From NCBI RefSeq assembly GCF_001194135.2, contig NC_068983.1:98752908-98816907 (forward strand): DNA of 64,000 bases, given 5' to 3'. Made by a program: the position numbers and the translations under genes. Shown here piece by piece: positions 52,001-64,000 of this stretch (its first letter is position 1; each line of letters starts with the position of its first letter). The notes under the pieces were generated by a model. It was not told where the DNA came from. It saw nothing but the letters and a program-made list of their open reading frames with translations, and searched no databases. Source of the stretch: Octopus bimaculoides. Taxonomy: Eukaryota.

Positions 52001-52672
52001 TAAATATCAGATTTACAATAATTCAGCAATTTATATTTCACTTCTAGTGCTTGTACTGAAGGTACTTCTTCAGTAATGTAGCCTCTACATACCTATTCAA
52101 CCTGCTAGAAATAGCAGACAAAAATCTCTCTCAAATTACCTCCTATTGTCTTAACCCATTAGCATTCAGATTACTGTCAAATCTAATGCTTACTTGTTCA
52201 TATTGTTTTGAGTTAGTCATACATTATCTTGTAGCTTCAAGATTTCAATGCTGTGATTGTTTATTTTTAGAATGGCATTATGGAGTAGGTGTGAGAGGCC
52301 TGATCTGGCCGGTTTGAATGTAAAACAGGTAGAATATGGCCAGACATGGCCAGTTTAAATGTTAAAGGTTTAAAGAAAAGATGACAAACAGTGGTCTTTG
52401 ATACATTATGACATAAAAAAAAAACAAAAACAAAAAAGTACAGGTTTGTCATAGGTGGAACACCTTTACCTGTTTCAGTCATTTAACTGTGGCCATGCTG
52501 AAGCATTGCCTTAAAGGGTTATAGTTGAAAAAATCGATCCCAAGACTTATTCTTTGTAAGCCTAGTACTGATTCTATTGGTCTCTTTTGCCACACTGCTA
52601 AGTTACAGGAACATAAACACACCAGTATCAGTTGTTAAGCAATGGTTGGGGGACAAACACAGACACACACAA

Positions 52673-52731
<59 letters not shown>

Positions 52732-54205
52732 TATATATATATATTTTTTCAGGTTAGTGAAGGTGAAAGGTGGTGAATTATATTTTATTGGAGCAAATAC
52801 TTCTTTCAAATACAAACCAATTGACCATAGTGTTAGAAGTGAAAACTGAAGCTGTGGACCTTGCAAGTGGACCTGGTAGATTAAGACTGAGGAATGCCCA
52901 TCATGTGTGTGTGTGTGTGTGTGTGTTTTAGTGTCTCCTTGCCTTGGCATTGCATGATAGCTGTGAATGACTGTCACTGTCAGGTAAGCGATGTCCTTTG
53001 TTTCCATTCTTGCATGCAAACATGCCTGGTCATGGGGAAATATCATCATTATCGTTTAATGTCCAATTTCCATGCTGACATGGGTTGGCCAGGCAGAAGA
53101 CTGCACCAAACTTCTGTGTCTGTTTTGGCATGTTTTTTACAGCTGGATGCCCTTCCTAACACCAACCACCTGGCACTGAGTGCATTTTACGTGGCAAATG
53201 CAAGGTCAGTTTTGGCATGGTTTCTACAGCTGGATGCCATTCTAAACATGCACACATACATACACATGTATGCTAACATACATGCATATGTATACATGCA
53301 TGCATATATACACGTGTAGTACACTCATACACACATATACAGATGAAATAAATCGACAAAATAAAGAGCAGAGATGCTTTTCCCCAAGAAAAACTGCAGG
53401 AGCTATATGATGAAGATGATGATGATCAAAGCTGATCTGAGACTAAACAGCAATAACAACAAAACTGGTGCAAGTATGGAATTAAGAAATAAAAGAGAAG
53501 GTCTTTAGATGGCAGCTTGACCAACTAGAAAAGCAACCAAATTCCTTGAAATTATACCTTATTATCTTAAAAAAAAAAAAAGAAAAATCACATACTCTAT
53601 GAAGATAAGAGAGTTACAAATAAAATAAATAAAATGTTTTTATCATGGGCCTGCAGGAACAGAGTTAAAACCAAGATTTAAACATTAGTAAAAAAAAAAA
53701 AAAAAAAAAAAAAAANNNNNNNNNNNNNNNNNNNNNNNNNNNNNNNNNNNNNNNNNNNNNNNNNNNNNNNNNNNNNNNNNNNNNNNNNNNNNNNNNNNNN
53801 NNNNNNNNNNNNNNNNNNNNNNNNNNNNNNNNAAATTAACCTTTAATCATTTCAACTGGTCACATCTGACTCAAATGTTCTACTGATTTTATGTTGAAAC
53901 TGGCCAGATCTAGTCTCTAACACCTACTCTACAATGTCTTTCTAAAAATAAGCTCACACATCATTGAAATCTCGAAGCTACGAGATAGTACATGATTAAT
54001 TCAAAACAAATGTGAATAAATAAGTCTAACATTTGATAGGGTAATCTGAATGCTAAAGGGTTAACAAAAGAAAAAAAGGAAATAAGAAAAAAAGAAAAAG
54101 AAATTCTGAATTTTTAATGCAACTGTATTCTTATAGACATATTTACTTTACTTCTTTATTACCATTTATTCAACTGTAAAGAGTGATTGTGAATACATGC
54201 CAAGA

Positions 54206-54242
<37 letters not shown>

Positions 54243-54944
54243 TACAGCACATTTCAAAATGAGATTTGGTAGTTAAGATATTTTCTGCAACTGATAGATA
54301 TATTATGTTCAAAAATCAAAACGGTTTGTTACAACAGAATCAGGTTTATAGGGCAAGTTCATATAGAAAGAAAGGAGTTATACAATATAATCAAACTAAA
54401 TCTACATAATTTTCTTCTACTACACTCAATTTTTACTTATCTTCATATCTCTTATTGTAGATAAACATTTGGAAAATTACCCATAATAATTCTGTCATTT
54501 ACATCTGTAATGTATTTCAGATTTGATTGCCAATAAATTTAACATAGTGTTTTTAGGTTAGAAGCAGACTTTTTCCAATTACAGTCTCTCTTTTACATCT
54601 CTTTTTCTCTATTGAGATATGTTGAAATGACAACATCAATGCCCTCCTCACCCGACTGTCCAGTCATTACACTGCAGTTGTTGTTGCTGCTCACAACCGC
54701 ATCTACACTATCAAATATGTATAATAGCATACAGCTACCTCTCCATCCACTATATATATATATTGATATATATACATACATATACACACACACGCACATA
54801 CATATAAAGACTGATATACATATGCATACACACTCATACCATCCATCCATTCTCTCACTTGCTCTCTCTCTTTCTCTTTCACTCTCCCTCCCACCTCTCT
54901 CTCTCTCTCTATGTGTGATGTGTGTGTGTGTGTAGGTGTGTGTA

Positions 54945-56418
54945 CAGGGGTTGGACAAAATAACAGAAACACCTAGCATCATGATTTTGAAATATCTATA
55001 AAATCGTCAAAAGCTTGTTTATTTTTATGTTTTTTGATTTATTATTAGTGTTGCTTAATATGTTTTGCTAAAATTGCAGTTTCTTTTCAGACATCATCAG
55101 AAAAAGGTAATTAAAATTCATTAAAATGACAGATCTATCGGACTTTCAAAGAGGTCAAACTGTTGGTGCTCATATGGCAGGCGTTAGAGTAACGAAAACA
55201 GCTGAAATGTTTGGTGTATCAAGAAGTACCGTCTCGAAAGTAATGACAGCCTTTGAGAAAGATGGAAANNNNNNNNNNTATTAGTGTTGCTTAATATGTT
55301 TTGCTAAAATTGCAGTTTCTTTTCAGACATCATCAGAAAAAGGTAATTAAAATTCATTAAAATGACAGATCTATCGGACTTTCAAAGAGGTCAAACTGTT
55401 GGTGCTCATATGGCAGGCGTTAGAGTAACGAAAACAGCTGAAATGTTTGGTGTATCAAGAAGTACCGTCTCGAAAGTAATGACAGCCTTTGAGAAAGATG
55501 GAAAAACCTTGTCGTTGAAACAAAACTCCAGAAGAAAACCAAAACTTTCAGATAGGGACTGTTGGACTCATACGCGAATCGTTAGAAAGGATCACAAAAG
55601 TACACCCAAAGAGCCAAGTTTCCACAAAAACTGTCTGCCGGGAGCTGCACAAAGCTGGATTTCACTGGAGAGCTGCAATTAGGAAACCACTACTTTCAAA
55701 AACAAACATTGCAAAGCGTTTAGAGTGGAGTAAAAACCTACAGAATTGGTCCCTAGAGGAGTGAAAGAATGTCATTTTCTTGGACGAGCCATCCTTTACC
55801 TTATTTCCGACCACTGGCCGAGTATACGTGTGGAGACAGCCAAAAGAAGCATTTGACCCAGACTGCCTTCTTCCAACAGTTAAACATGGAGGATGATCTG
55901 TGATGATCAGGTGGGGCTATATCTTGAAAATCCGCCGGGGTAATGGTTTCCCTTCATGGAAGAATTAATAGTAAAGACTATTAAAGCATTTTATCTGATC
56001 AAATTCATCCTATGGTTGTGGAACTGTTTCTGGAGGGAAATGCAATCTTTCAGGATGATAATGCACCAATTCACACAGCTAAAGTTGTTATTGAATGACA
56101 CGAGGAACATTCTAGTGAAGTTAAACATCTTACTTATCTGGCCACCACAGTCCCCAGATCTCAATATTATTGAACATTTATGGTGCATTTTAGAAAGACA
56201 AATAAGGAGTCGATATCCTTCACGATCATCACTACAAGAGTTGGAGACTGTTTTAGCTGAAGAATGGACAAAAACTTCTTTGGAAACAATTTGAACTTTG
56301 CACGAGTCCATACCTCATAGAATTCAAGCTGCAATTACTGCCAAAGGCGGTGCTACCCTATATCAAAATAGATTTGTTTGAAATTTTAAGGTGTTTCCAT
56401 TATTTTGTCCAACCCCTG
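54945..56418 (+). mobile_element. Tc1-type DNA transposon with degenerate transposase and DD36E spacing
   Basis: 29 bp TIRs CAGGGGTTGGACAAAATAA(CA/TG)GAAACACC (27/29 match), TA at both ends. Transposase starts MTDLSDFQRGQTVGAHMAG (55362) and includes FQDDNAPIH...WPPQSPDLNIIEHLW, with stops and frameshifts. Confidence 0.93.
55362..56365 (+). pseudogene. Disrupted Tc1-family transposase
   Basis: HTH N-terminus (GVSRSTVSKVM...RRKPKLSDRD), FLDEPSFTLFPTTGRVYVWR, FQDDNAPIH and WPPQSPDLNIIE fall in different frames with in-frame stops. Confidence 0.9.
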
Positions 56419-56547
56419 TATATATATATATATATACATATATATNNNNNNNNNNNNNNNNNNNNNNNNNNNNNNNNNNNNNNNNNNNNNNNNNNNNNNN
56501 NNNNNNNNNNNNNNNNNNNNNNNNNNNNNNNNNNNNNNNNNNNNNNN

Positions 56548-57044
56548 TTTCTATGCTAGCATGGGTTGGACGATTTAACTGAGGACTGGTGAACCAGATG
56601 GCTACACCAGGCTCCAATCTGATTTGGCAGAGTTTCTACAGCTGGATGCCCTTCCTAATGCCAACCACTCCGAGAGTGTAGTGGGTGCTTTTACGTGCCA
56701 CCGGCACTAAGGCCAGTCAGGCGGTACTGGCAACAGCCACACTCAAAAATGGTGTATTTTACGTGCCACCTGCACAGGAGCCAGTCCGACGGCACNNNNN
56801 NNNNNATGGTGTATTTTACGTGCCACCTGCACAGGAGCCAGTCCGACGGCACTGGTAACGACCTCGCTCGAATGTCTTTACACGTGCCACCAGCACAAGT
56901 GCCAGGAAGGCAACGCTGGGCACAGGTGCCATCACGATTTCACCTTCGCTTGCCCCAACAGGTCTTTGCAAGCCGAGTTTTGTGTCCAATGAAGGAGACG
57001 ACGTTGGCATGGGTGCCAGTCGTCGAATTTAGTTCGATTTTGAT
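56548..57044 (-). mobile_element. Young, CpG-rich copy of the RTE 3'UTR family
   Basis: Shares the GGATGCCCTTCCTAATGCCAACCACTCCGAGAGTG core with other copies at ~14600-14995(+), 16975-17440(-), 29178-29310(+), 35315-35760(-) and 61075-61258(+). Confidence 0.8.
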
Positions 57045-57507
57045 NNNNNNNNNNNNNNNNNNNNNNNNNNNNNNNNNNNNNNNNNNNNNNNNNNNNNNNN
57101 NNNNNNNNNNNNNNNNNNNNNNNNNNNNNNNNNNNNNNNNNNNNNNNNNNNNNNNNNNNNNNNNNNNNNNNNNNNNNNNNNNNNNNNNNNNNNNNNNNNN
57201 NNNNNNNNNNNNNNNNNNNNNNNNNNNNNNNNNNNNNNNNNNNNNNNNNNNNNNNNNNNNNNNNNNNNNNNNNNNNNNNNNNNNNNNNNNNNNNNNNNNN
57301 NNNNNNNNNNNNNNNNNNNNNNNNNNNNNGTTATATATATATATATGTACATATATGTGTGTGCATGTGTGGCTACGTTTACTTCCCAACCATATGATTA
57401 GGGTTTTGTCCCACTGTGTGGTGCTTTGAGCAAGTGTTTTTTTTTTATATAGCGCCAACCAAAGTTTTGTCAGTGGATTTGGAAAGCAAAAGCTGAAAGA
57501 AGTCCAC

Positions 57508-57585
<78 letters not shown>

Positions 57586-59597
57586 TGTCTCCTTGCCTTG
57601 ACATTGGGAGAGAATTGTAAACAAGTATCATCAACACAGAAGTGGTGCTTTCTGTTTTCAATCTTTTACGAAAAAAATAAAGATAAAAAAAAACCAAGTG
57701 CAGCAATGTGGAATATAATTTTTTCTTGGAAACAGGTAAGAGTCAGTGACAGGAAGGACATCAGGTCATAGAATATCTTCCTCAAAGAATTCCATCTGCC
57801 CAAAGTAAGCATGGAAATGTGAAGATTAAAACAATAACACACACATACGCACACACTAGATAGAAGGTGAATTACTATCTATGGTTGTTTTCCCATTTCT
57901 TATTTCTAATCAGACCAGCAAATTCCCTCTTTCTATATTACTGGTTTTTCCTTATTTAACCTTCCAGAAAGCAGGAGATTCCTATACACAAACGTGTGTG
58001 CACATGTGCACGAACACACACACACACAAACTTTAGATGAGTTAAAATGTTTGTGACATATTTCAACTTCTATAGGCAAATTCACTGCAGTCAATATAGG
58101 GGGAAAAATTCTCTCATATGATAAAAAGTGTAAACACACCATAACTGCAGCACAGTGTGCATAACTGTCCATCGGATTCCCAGAAGCAGTGTTTCTAACT
58201 CTTTAACATGTCCCAAACATATTTTAACTAACTTAAAGTTTGCATATGCCTAATCACTACTTGGTGGCTATTAAATTTCTCCCGAGCAGGTGATCCAAAA
58301 GTATAAATCGGTCAATGTTGTTATATTTACCACACACACACACACATTTGTATATGTATAATAAATATAAATGCTATCTCATAAACCTTTATCTAATCTC
58401 GGGTCACACACAAACAAAACCTAATGAGTTTGCAGGTTCCGACTTTATATCTTTAAAGATTTTTAGATCAGATTTGCTTTGGTGTAAAATACTGAATATC
58501 TCAACTTGATAACCTTACTGCTTCATACACATTATCAGTTACCTACAAACACTGACTTTTATCATCAGACAAAATAATTCTCCTTGACTTCTAAATGTAT
58601 TGTCAAATAAGGCTGGAGATTCTCTTGATGTATGGCTAGATTATGTGGGTACAGTGAGAGTTGTGTCATAAAGCATGTATGAGAAGACAGCGAGGATTAG
58701 GGTTATAGACAAGTCATGGGGACAGTAAGGGTTGTGTCACAGAGAATGGACACAGTAACTGTTGTTATGTAACCGACTGTGTTGGGGTTGTGTTATCGAC
58801 TGTATGTAGGTCAGTGAGAGTGCTGTTACTTGATTGTGGGTAGTAGGGAGACAGTGAGAGTTGTGTCATTTGCACTGAAAACAAAATACAAACAGAAAAA
58901 GCCAAAGAGAAATCATATTGAGAAATCACATTCTGCAATTAATATTATTCTGTCTAATGTAATGTTTATTTATTCACAATGTTTTCAATTAATCATACTT
59001 TATCATATAATTTTGAAATTTTGACGCACTCATACCAGTGGCATGTAAAAAGCACCCAGTACATTGTGGTGAGTAGTTGGCGTTAGGAAGGACATCCGGC
59101 CATAGAAGCCATGCCACAACAGACAGTTGGAGTCTGGACAGACTCCCAGCTAGCCAGCTCCACATCAAACTGTCCAACCAATACCAGCATGGAAAGTGGA
59201 TATTAAACGATGGTGAAATAGCTTTAGAATGACATTACAGGGTAGATGTGAGAGGCCAGATCTGGCTGGTAAAACGGGTAGAATATCTGGGCTAGATATG
59301 GCCAGTTTAAAAGCTAAAAGGTTAATACTTTTAAATAGGGGAAATATTAGAATGCTAAAGAAATTGGTACAATGGAAGACAGGCAGAACAGATGCTGTAG
59401 TTGTGAAAGTAACTGGTACAAGCTGAGGGTGGTTGTTATTCAGAGAAGATGTAAGATGAAATAAATTTAATCTTAGATAGAGGACCTTGTAGCTGACAAC
59501 ACATAGAATAGGGACATTCAAGAGAGAAACTGTTGTATCTAATCTCTAACCCTTGTCAGGATGGAAAACCTGGTATCTGAACCAGTGGTGGTGATAA

Positions 59598-59601
59598 CGA
59601 C

Positions 59602-59670
<69 letters not shown>
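59598..59670. repeat. (GAT)n microsatellite
   Basis: Direct reading. Many other microsatellites are present, e.g. (TA)n 2715-2830, (AG)n 43348-43408, (AGT)n-like 60655-60800, (CAC/CAA)n 18995-19080. Confidence 0.95.
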
Positions 59671-62113
59671 AGTGATACTATTTCAAAAATAACTGCTTTC
59701 TATCTTGTGAACTTCGTTCTCAGGAGAGATAAGTTAGTGTTGTCTTGTCTAATAGCAATAGCAAACAGAACACAGACTATATTGGGGATGGTGTATAGAA
59801 ACAATAACTTGTATTATGAATTTAGAGGCGAGACACGAGGATAATACAACGTGCATTAATAACAGTTTATCATGCAATATTCATGGATGGAAGAAGAAAG
59901 TGAAAAAAAAAATCATTGATATGAGTAGGATTATAGGAAATGGAGAAAGATGTAATGGAATCTACAATTGCAGTAGTGATAGTGTGACAGCTGCAACACA
60001 GCAGCAGTAGCAACAAGAACAGCAGCAGTAGGAGCAACAACAACAGCAGCACCAGGCAGATGTTTGAGAAGCTGATGATGACATTCAATTGTTTTATTGA
60101 TGCAGATAATTGAACTGATAGGAAGAATAAGAGGGCAAGTCAGTAGCAGGAAAACAACTAGGTCTAAAGGTTCAATGGCCAGCATGTTGACAATGTGAGT
60201 GGGAAAGATGGGCATTTTAGTAGAGAGATTTTTTCTGCAAGGATTAGGTAAAAAAAGACCCCCCCCNNNNNNNNNNCCCTGCCCCACAAAAAGAAAAAAA
60301 AAATCTACTGAAAATAAATGAAGACATGGGATCATGGATGACAGCAAGGAGTTAAAAACAAAAACAAAAAAGTCACAGTGACATAGGAAAAAAATCTCAT
60401 TTCTACCCTTCAGTTTGTCCTAAATCAATATGCTCATAGGCTTAAGCCATTGTAGCCAGCCAAGTAGATAATCCAGACTTATTGCAACAATGACTTAAGC
60501 AAACTTGAAATGGGTTTTGCAGCTAGGAATTGAAAGGAGGAGGAGGGAGGGGAGGAGAAGAAGAAGAGGGAAGAAAGAGCCAAGATTCTAGTAAATGATT
60601 GGTGTACTTAGGAATTTGTGGCAACAGCAGTTTTGTGTCCCTAGATACCTAACACAAACTAGTAGTAGTAGCAGTAGTGCTGGTGGTAGTAAGGGCAGCA
60701 ATAGTAGTGACTGCAATGGTGGAGGTAGCAGTAGTAGTGGTGGTGCTAGTAGTAGCAGCAATAGTAGTGGTAGTAATGGTGGGAGTAGTAGTAGTAGCAG
60801 GAGCACGAGGAGTTTTTTTAAGCATACACTATTTCTATAATGGAATAAGAGATGTTGAAAGTAGAATTGTATGTTAACAGCGAGTACAAAGGTTACAATA
60901 TTGAACTCTGAGTAAATAAATGTACTAAATTCTGTTGACATGCCTGAATGTCTGCCATCAGAATGCATAGACAAACAAGGGATATTTTGCAATAACTTTC
61001 CAATAAGTCTCAGGTTCCATTCAAGTTGGAACATAGTAATTTGGAGTTTGGCCACTAGTCAGTCAGTTAGGGTACTGGCAGCATGTAAAAAGCACTCATT
61101 ACACACTTGGAGTGGTTGGCGTTAGGAAGGGCATCCAACCATAGAAACCACACTGACTCAGACTGGAGCCTGGTGCGGCTCACTGGCTAACCAGTTTCAG
61201 TCAAACTGTGTAACCCATGCCAGCATGGAAAGCAGACATTAAATGATGATGATGATGAAATCTAGCCATGAGTATCATTGTATATGTCATTGTTTTAACA
61301 TCCATCTTTCCATGCCAGCATAGGTTGGAAGGAATTTGTTGAGGCTGATTTTCTACAGCCAGACACCCATCCTGTCACCAACCTTCACTTGTTTTCAAGT
61401 AAGGTAATATTTCTCCATGACCAGACATGTTTTCCACGGAAGATTGGAAATAAAGGACACTGCTTGTGAAATGGTGATGCTTGCTTACAACAATCTCATG
61501 ATGTCAAGGCAAGGAGACAGTAAAACACACACAGAATATACAAGGAGTTTTCGTCAACTGATATAATGTAATAGGTAAGTACTATGAGTGCTCAGTTTGA
61601 TTTACCACTAAAACCCTGGCTTGAAACTGCTAATGGACCTCACTTGTAACTTATTTATTTGATCAATGAACTCATAATGCATACCTGTCTTACTCTGACC
61701 CTCCTTTCATTTTTGACAAACTGGAATATACTAATATCATTGACTAGAGATATTTCTTTGTTTTTATATCTCTCTGATTTTTCCCTCTTGGATGATGGAA
61801 TTTTTTTCCTATCTCCTGTTATGAGGTGTGGCTGTGTGGTAAGAAGTTTGCTTCCCATCCACATGGCTCCAGGTTCAGTCCTACTGCAAGCATCATGGAC
61901 AAGTGTCTTCTGCTACAGTCTTGGGCCGACCAAAGCTTTGTGAGTGGATATGGTAGACGGAAAGCCCATTGTATGTCTGTATGTCCATGTCTTTTGTGTT
62001 GTTGTCTACGTACCCGTGGCTTAATAGTTCGGTAAAAGACCCTGATAGAGGAAGTACCGGGTTTACAAAAAGTAGTAAGTATTGCCTTATAATAATAATA
62101 ATAATAATAATAA

Positions 62114-63350
62114 TACTCTAGCCGTCCCAGTTATAAGTTACAGATACAATATCCTTAACTGGACACTAAATGAACTAACGAAAATAGACACGAAAACAAG
62201 AAAAGTAATGACAGGATCTAGGATGCACCACCCAAGATCTGACATAGAAAGGTTATATATACAACGTATAGAAGATGGTAGAGGTCTTATACAGCTGGAA
62301 AACTATTATAAAATAACCACCATAGGACTGCAAAAATACCTACTTCAGAAGCAAGGAAAACTAATACAAATAGCCACTAAACATGAGCAAAACAAAAAAC
62401 TGTTTTCAGTATTCAAGGAAGCTGACAAATACAAACAAGAAGTCATACTACCTAACAAATACGAAGAAGAAGAAGAAGAAACAACAAAAGTTATAAAACA
62501 AATGAAATCCAAACTAAAACTAGAACAGCAACGGACCATGATAAAACGATGGCAAGAAAAGCCCCTACATGGTAAATACTGGGCTAAACTAAATGCAAAA
62601 GAAATAGACAGAGAAAAATCCCAGCAATGGTTGAGAAGCTCAGGACTCAAAGCAGAGACTGAAGAATTTTTAATTGCTGCACAAGACCAAAGCCTCTCCA
62701 CCAGAAATTACCAAAAACATATAATGAAAAGAAACATAACAAGTAACTGTAGTATATGTGGNNNNNNNNNNNNNNNNNNNNNNNNNNNNNNNNNNNNNNN
62801 NNNNNNNNNNNNNNNNNNNNNNNNNNNNNNNNNNNNNNNNNNNNNNNNNNNNNNNNNNNNNNNNNNNNNNNNNNNNNNNNNNNNNNNNNNNNNNNNNNNN
62901 NNNNNNNNNNNNNNNNNNNNNNNNNNNNNNNNNNNNNNNNNNNNNNNNNNNNNNNNNNNNNNNNNNNNNNNNNNNNNNCTAATTGATGTATCAATACCAG
63001 CAGATGACAATGTTTCTCTAAAAGAAATGGAGAAACTTTCAAAATACAAAGACCTGGAAATAGAGGTAACTTGAATGTGGAATCTAAAAACAGAAACAAT
63101 TCCTATCATAGTGGGCGCATTAGGTATGATAAAAAAATATTCAGACAAATACATAACAAAAACACCAGGACTTACAAATATATATAACATACAGAAAATT
63201 GCACTACTGGGCACTGCACACATCCTACACAAAACACTTTCAATACAGTAACCATAAGAGCATCACAACACATACCCAAGGCACACAGAGCTGCGCTCAG
63301 TAGTGAAGTGAAAGCACATTATATAAATAAAACTACTGAATAATAATAAT
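62114..63350 (+). mobile_element. 5'-truncated R4/Dong-clade (RLE endonuclease) non-LTR retrotransposon
   Basis: RT C-terminus (HHPRSDIERLY..GRGL, WQEKPLHGKY, AAQDQSLSTRNY), start of zinc knuckle (CSIC, then N gap), RLE motifs IDVSIP..EKLSKYKDL and PIIVGALG..QKIALLGTAHIL. One internal TGA at 63072, terminal TAA at 63249-63251. (TAA)n on both sides. Confidence 0.92.
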
Positions 63351-63570
63351 GATGATTTCAAACTTTGGCATAAGGCCAGCAATTTTGGGGGAGAGGATAA
63401 GTTGGTTACATTGACCCCAGTACTCAACTGGTACTTATTTTTATCTACCCTGAAAGGATGAAAGGCAAAGTTGACCTCTGAATGTAAAAATGGATGAAAT
63501 GCTGTTAAGCATTTTGCCCAGCATGCTAATGATTCTGCCGGGTCACTGCCTTAAATAATAATAATAATAA

Positions 63571-63790
63571 TAGCACCAATTATTCTTGGGTCTTTGAGGA
63601 CAGTATCAGAAGGCATCAGGAGAAATATTAAGGAAATCAGAATAAAGTGCCCAGTAGAACTGTTACAAAAGTTTTGCGTCTTTGGCACGGCCAAAATAAT
63701 CAGGAAAGTGTTAGATAGTTGAAAAGAACAGATAGCAAATCCATTATGTATGCAAAACTTTAGGAGTTCCAACAAAACCTGAGTTAAAAA
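63571..63790 (+). mobile_element. 3' fragment of a second R4/Dong-like family
   Basis: Reads APIILGSLRTVSEGIRRNIKEIRIKCPVELLQKFCVFGTAKIIRKVLDS*, homologous to the preceding element's C-terminus. (TAA)n on both sides. Confidence 0.8.
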
Positions 63791-64000
63791 GAATAATAAT
63801 AATTCTTTCTGATTTTGGAACAAGGCCAGCAATTTTGAAAGGAAGAGATTGATTACATCAATCTTAGTACTTGACTGGTACTTAATTTGTTGACCATTAA
63901 AAGGATGAAATGCAAAGTTGAACATGGTGGAATGTGAACTTAGAATGTAGAGAGTCAGAAGAAATGCTACCTACCATGAAGACATATACACAGAGAAATG

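Noticed and set aside
55043-55504. Identical 226 bp tandem duplication of the Tc1 element 5' part (55043-55268 and 55279-55504)
   Set aside because: The copies are separated by exactly 10 Ns, so this is most likely contig-overlap assembly redundancy.
56749-56855. ~47 bp tandem duplication in an RTE 3'UTR copy
   Set aside because: It straddles a short N gap and the copies are identical; probable assembly artefact.
60588-61055. Ser/Gly-rich or Leu/Pro-rich ORFs
   Set aside because: Degenerate (AGT/GGT/AGC)n low-complexity tract with no splice support.

Overview
AT-rich, repeat-dense animal genomic DNA with several N gaps. The repeat families and microsatellite load look like an octopus scaffold; this is inferred from recognition, not confirmed by a search. 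The only host gene I can support is WAPL (wings apart-like, cohesin release factor) on the minus strand. Eight GT-AG coding exons (41617-41728, 31842-32069, 28388-28502, 27575-27681, 20994-21070, 17817-17977, 16206-16321, 14346-14480) splice in one open frame (1051 nt, 350 codons) and encode most of the C-terminal WAPL domain. I found no further exons, so most or all of the remaining window is probably WAPL intron, with outer introns of at least 14 kb and 22 kb. The introns contain tRNA-derived SINEs, RTE and R4/Dong LINE fragments, a DD37D (maT) remnant, a DD36E Tc1-type element, hAT- and piggyBac-type MITEs and a probable solo LTR. Top leads: (1) a minimal type I hammerhead ribozyme fold with a G3:C8 core variant at 45594-45644, sense to the WAPL pre-mRNA; (2) two copies of a ~250 bp TSD-flanked element that is mostly one long hairpin, with the loop flipped between copies (18191-18440 and 34137-34384); (3) other long intronic foldbacks that could be ADAR substrates. 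Nearly all ORFs in the supplied track are spurious microsatellite or SINE readings. Coordinates of degenerate repeats are approximate.
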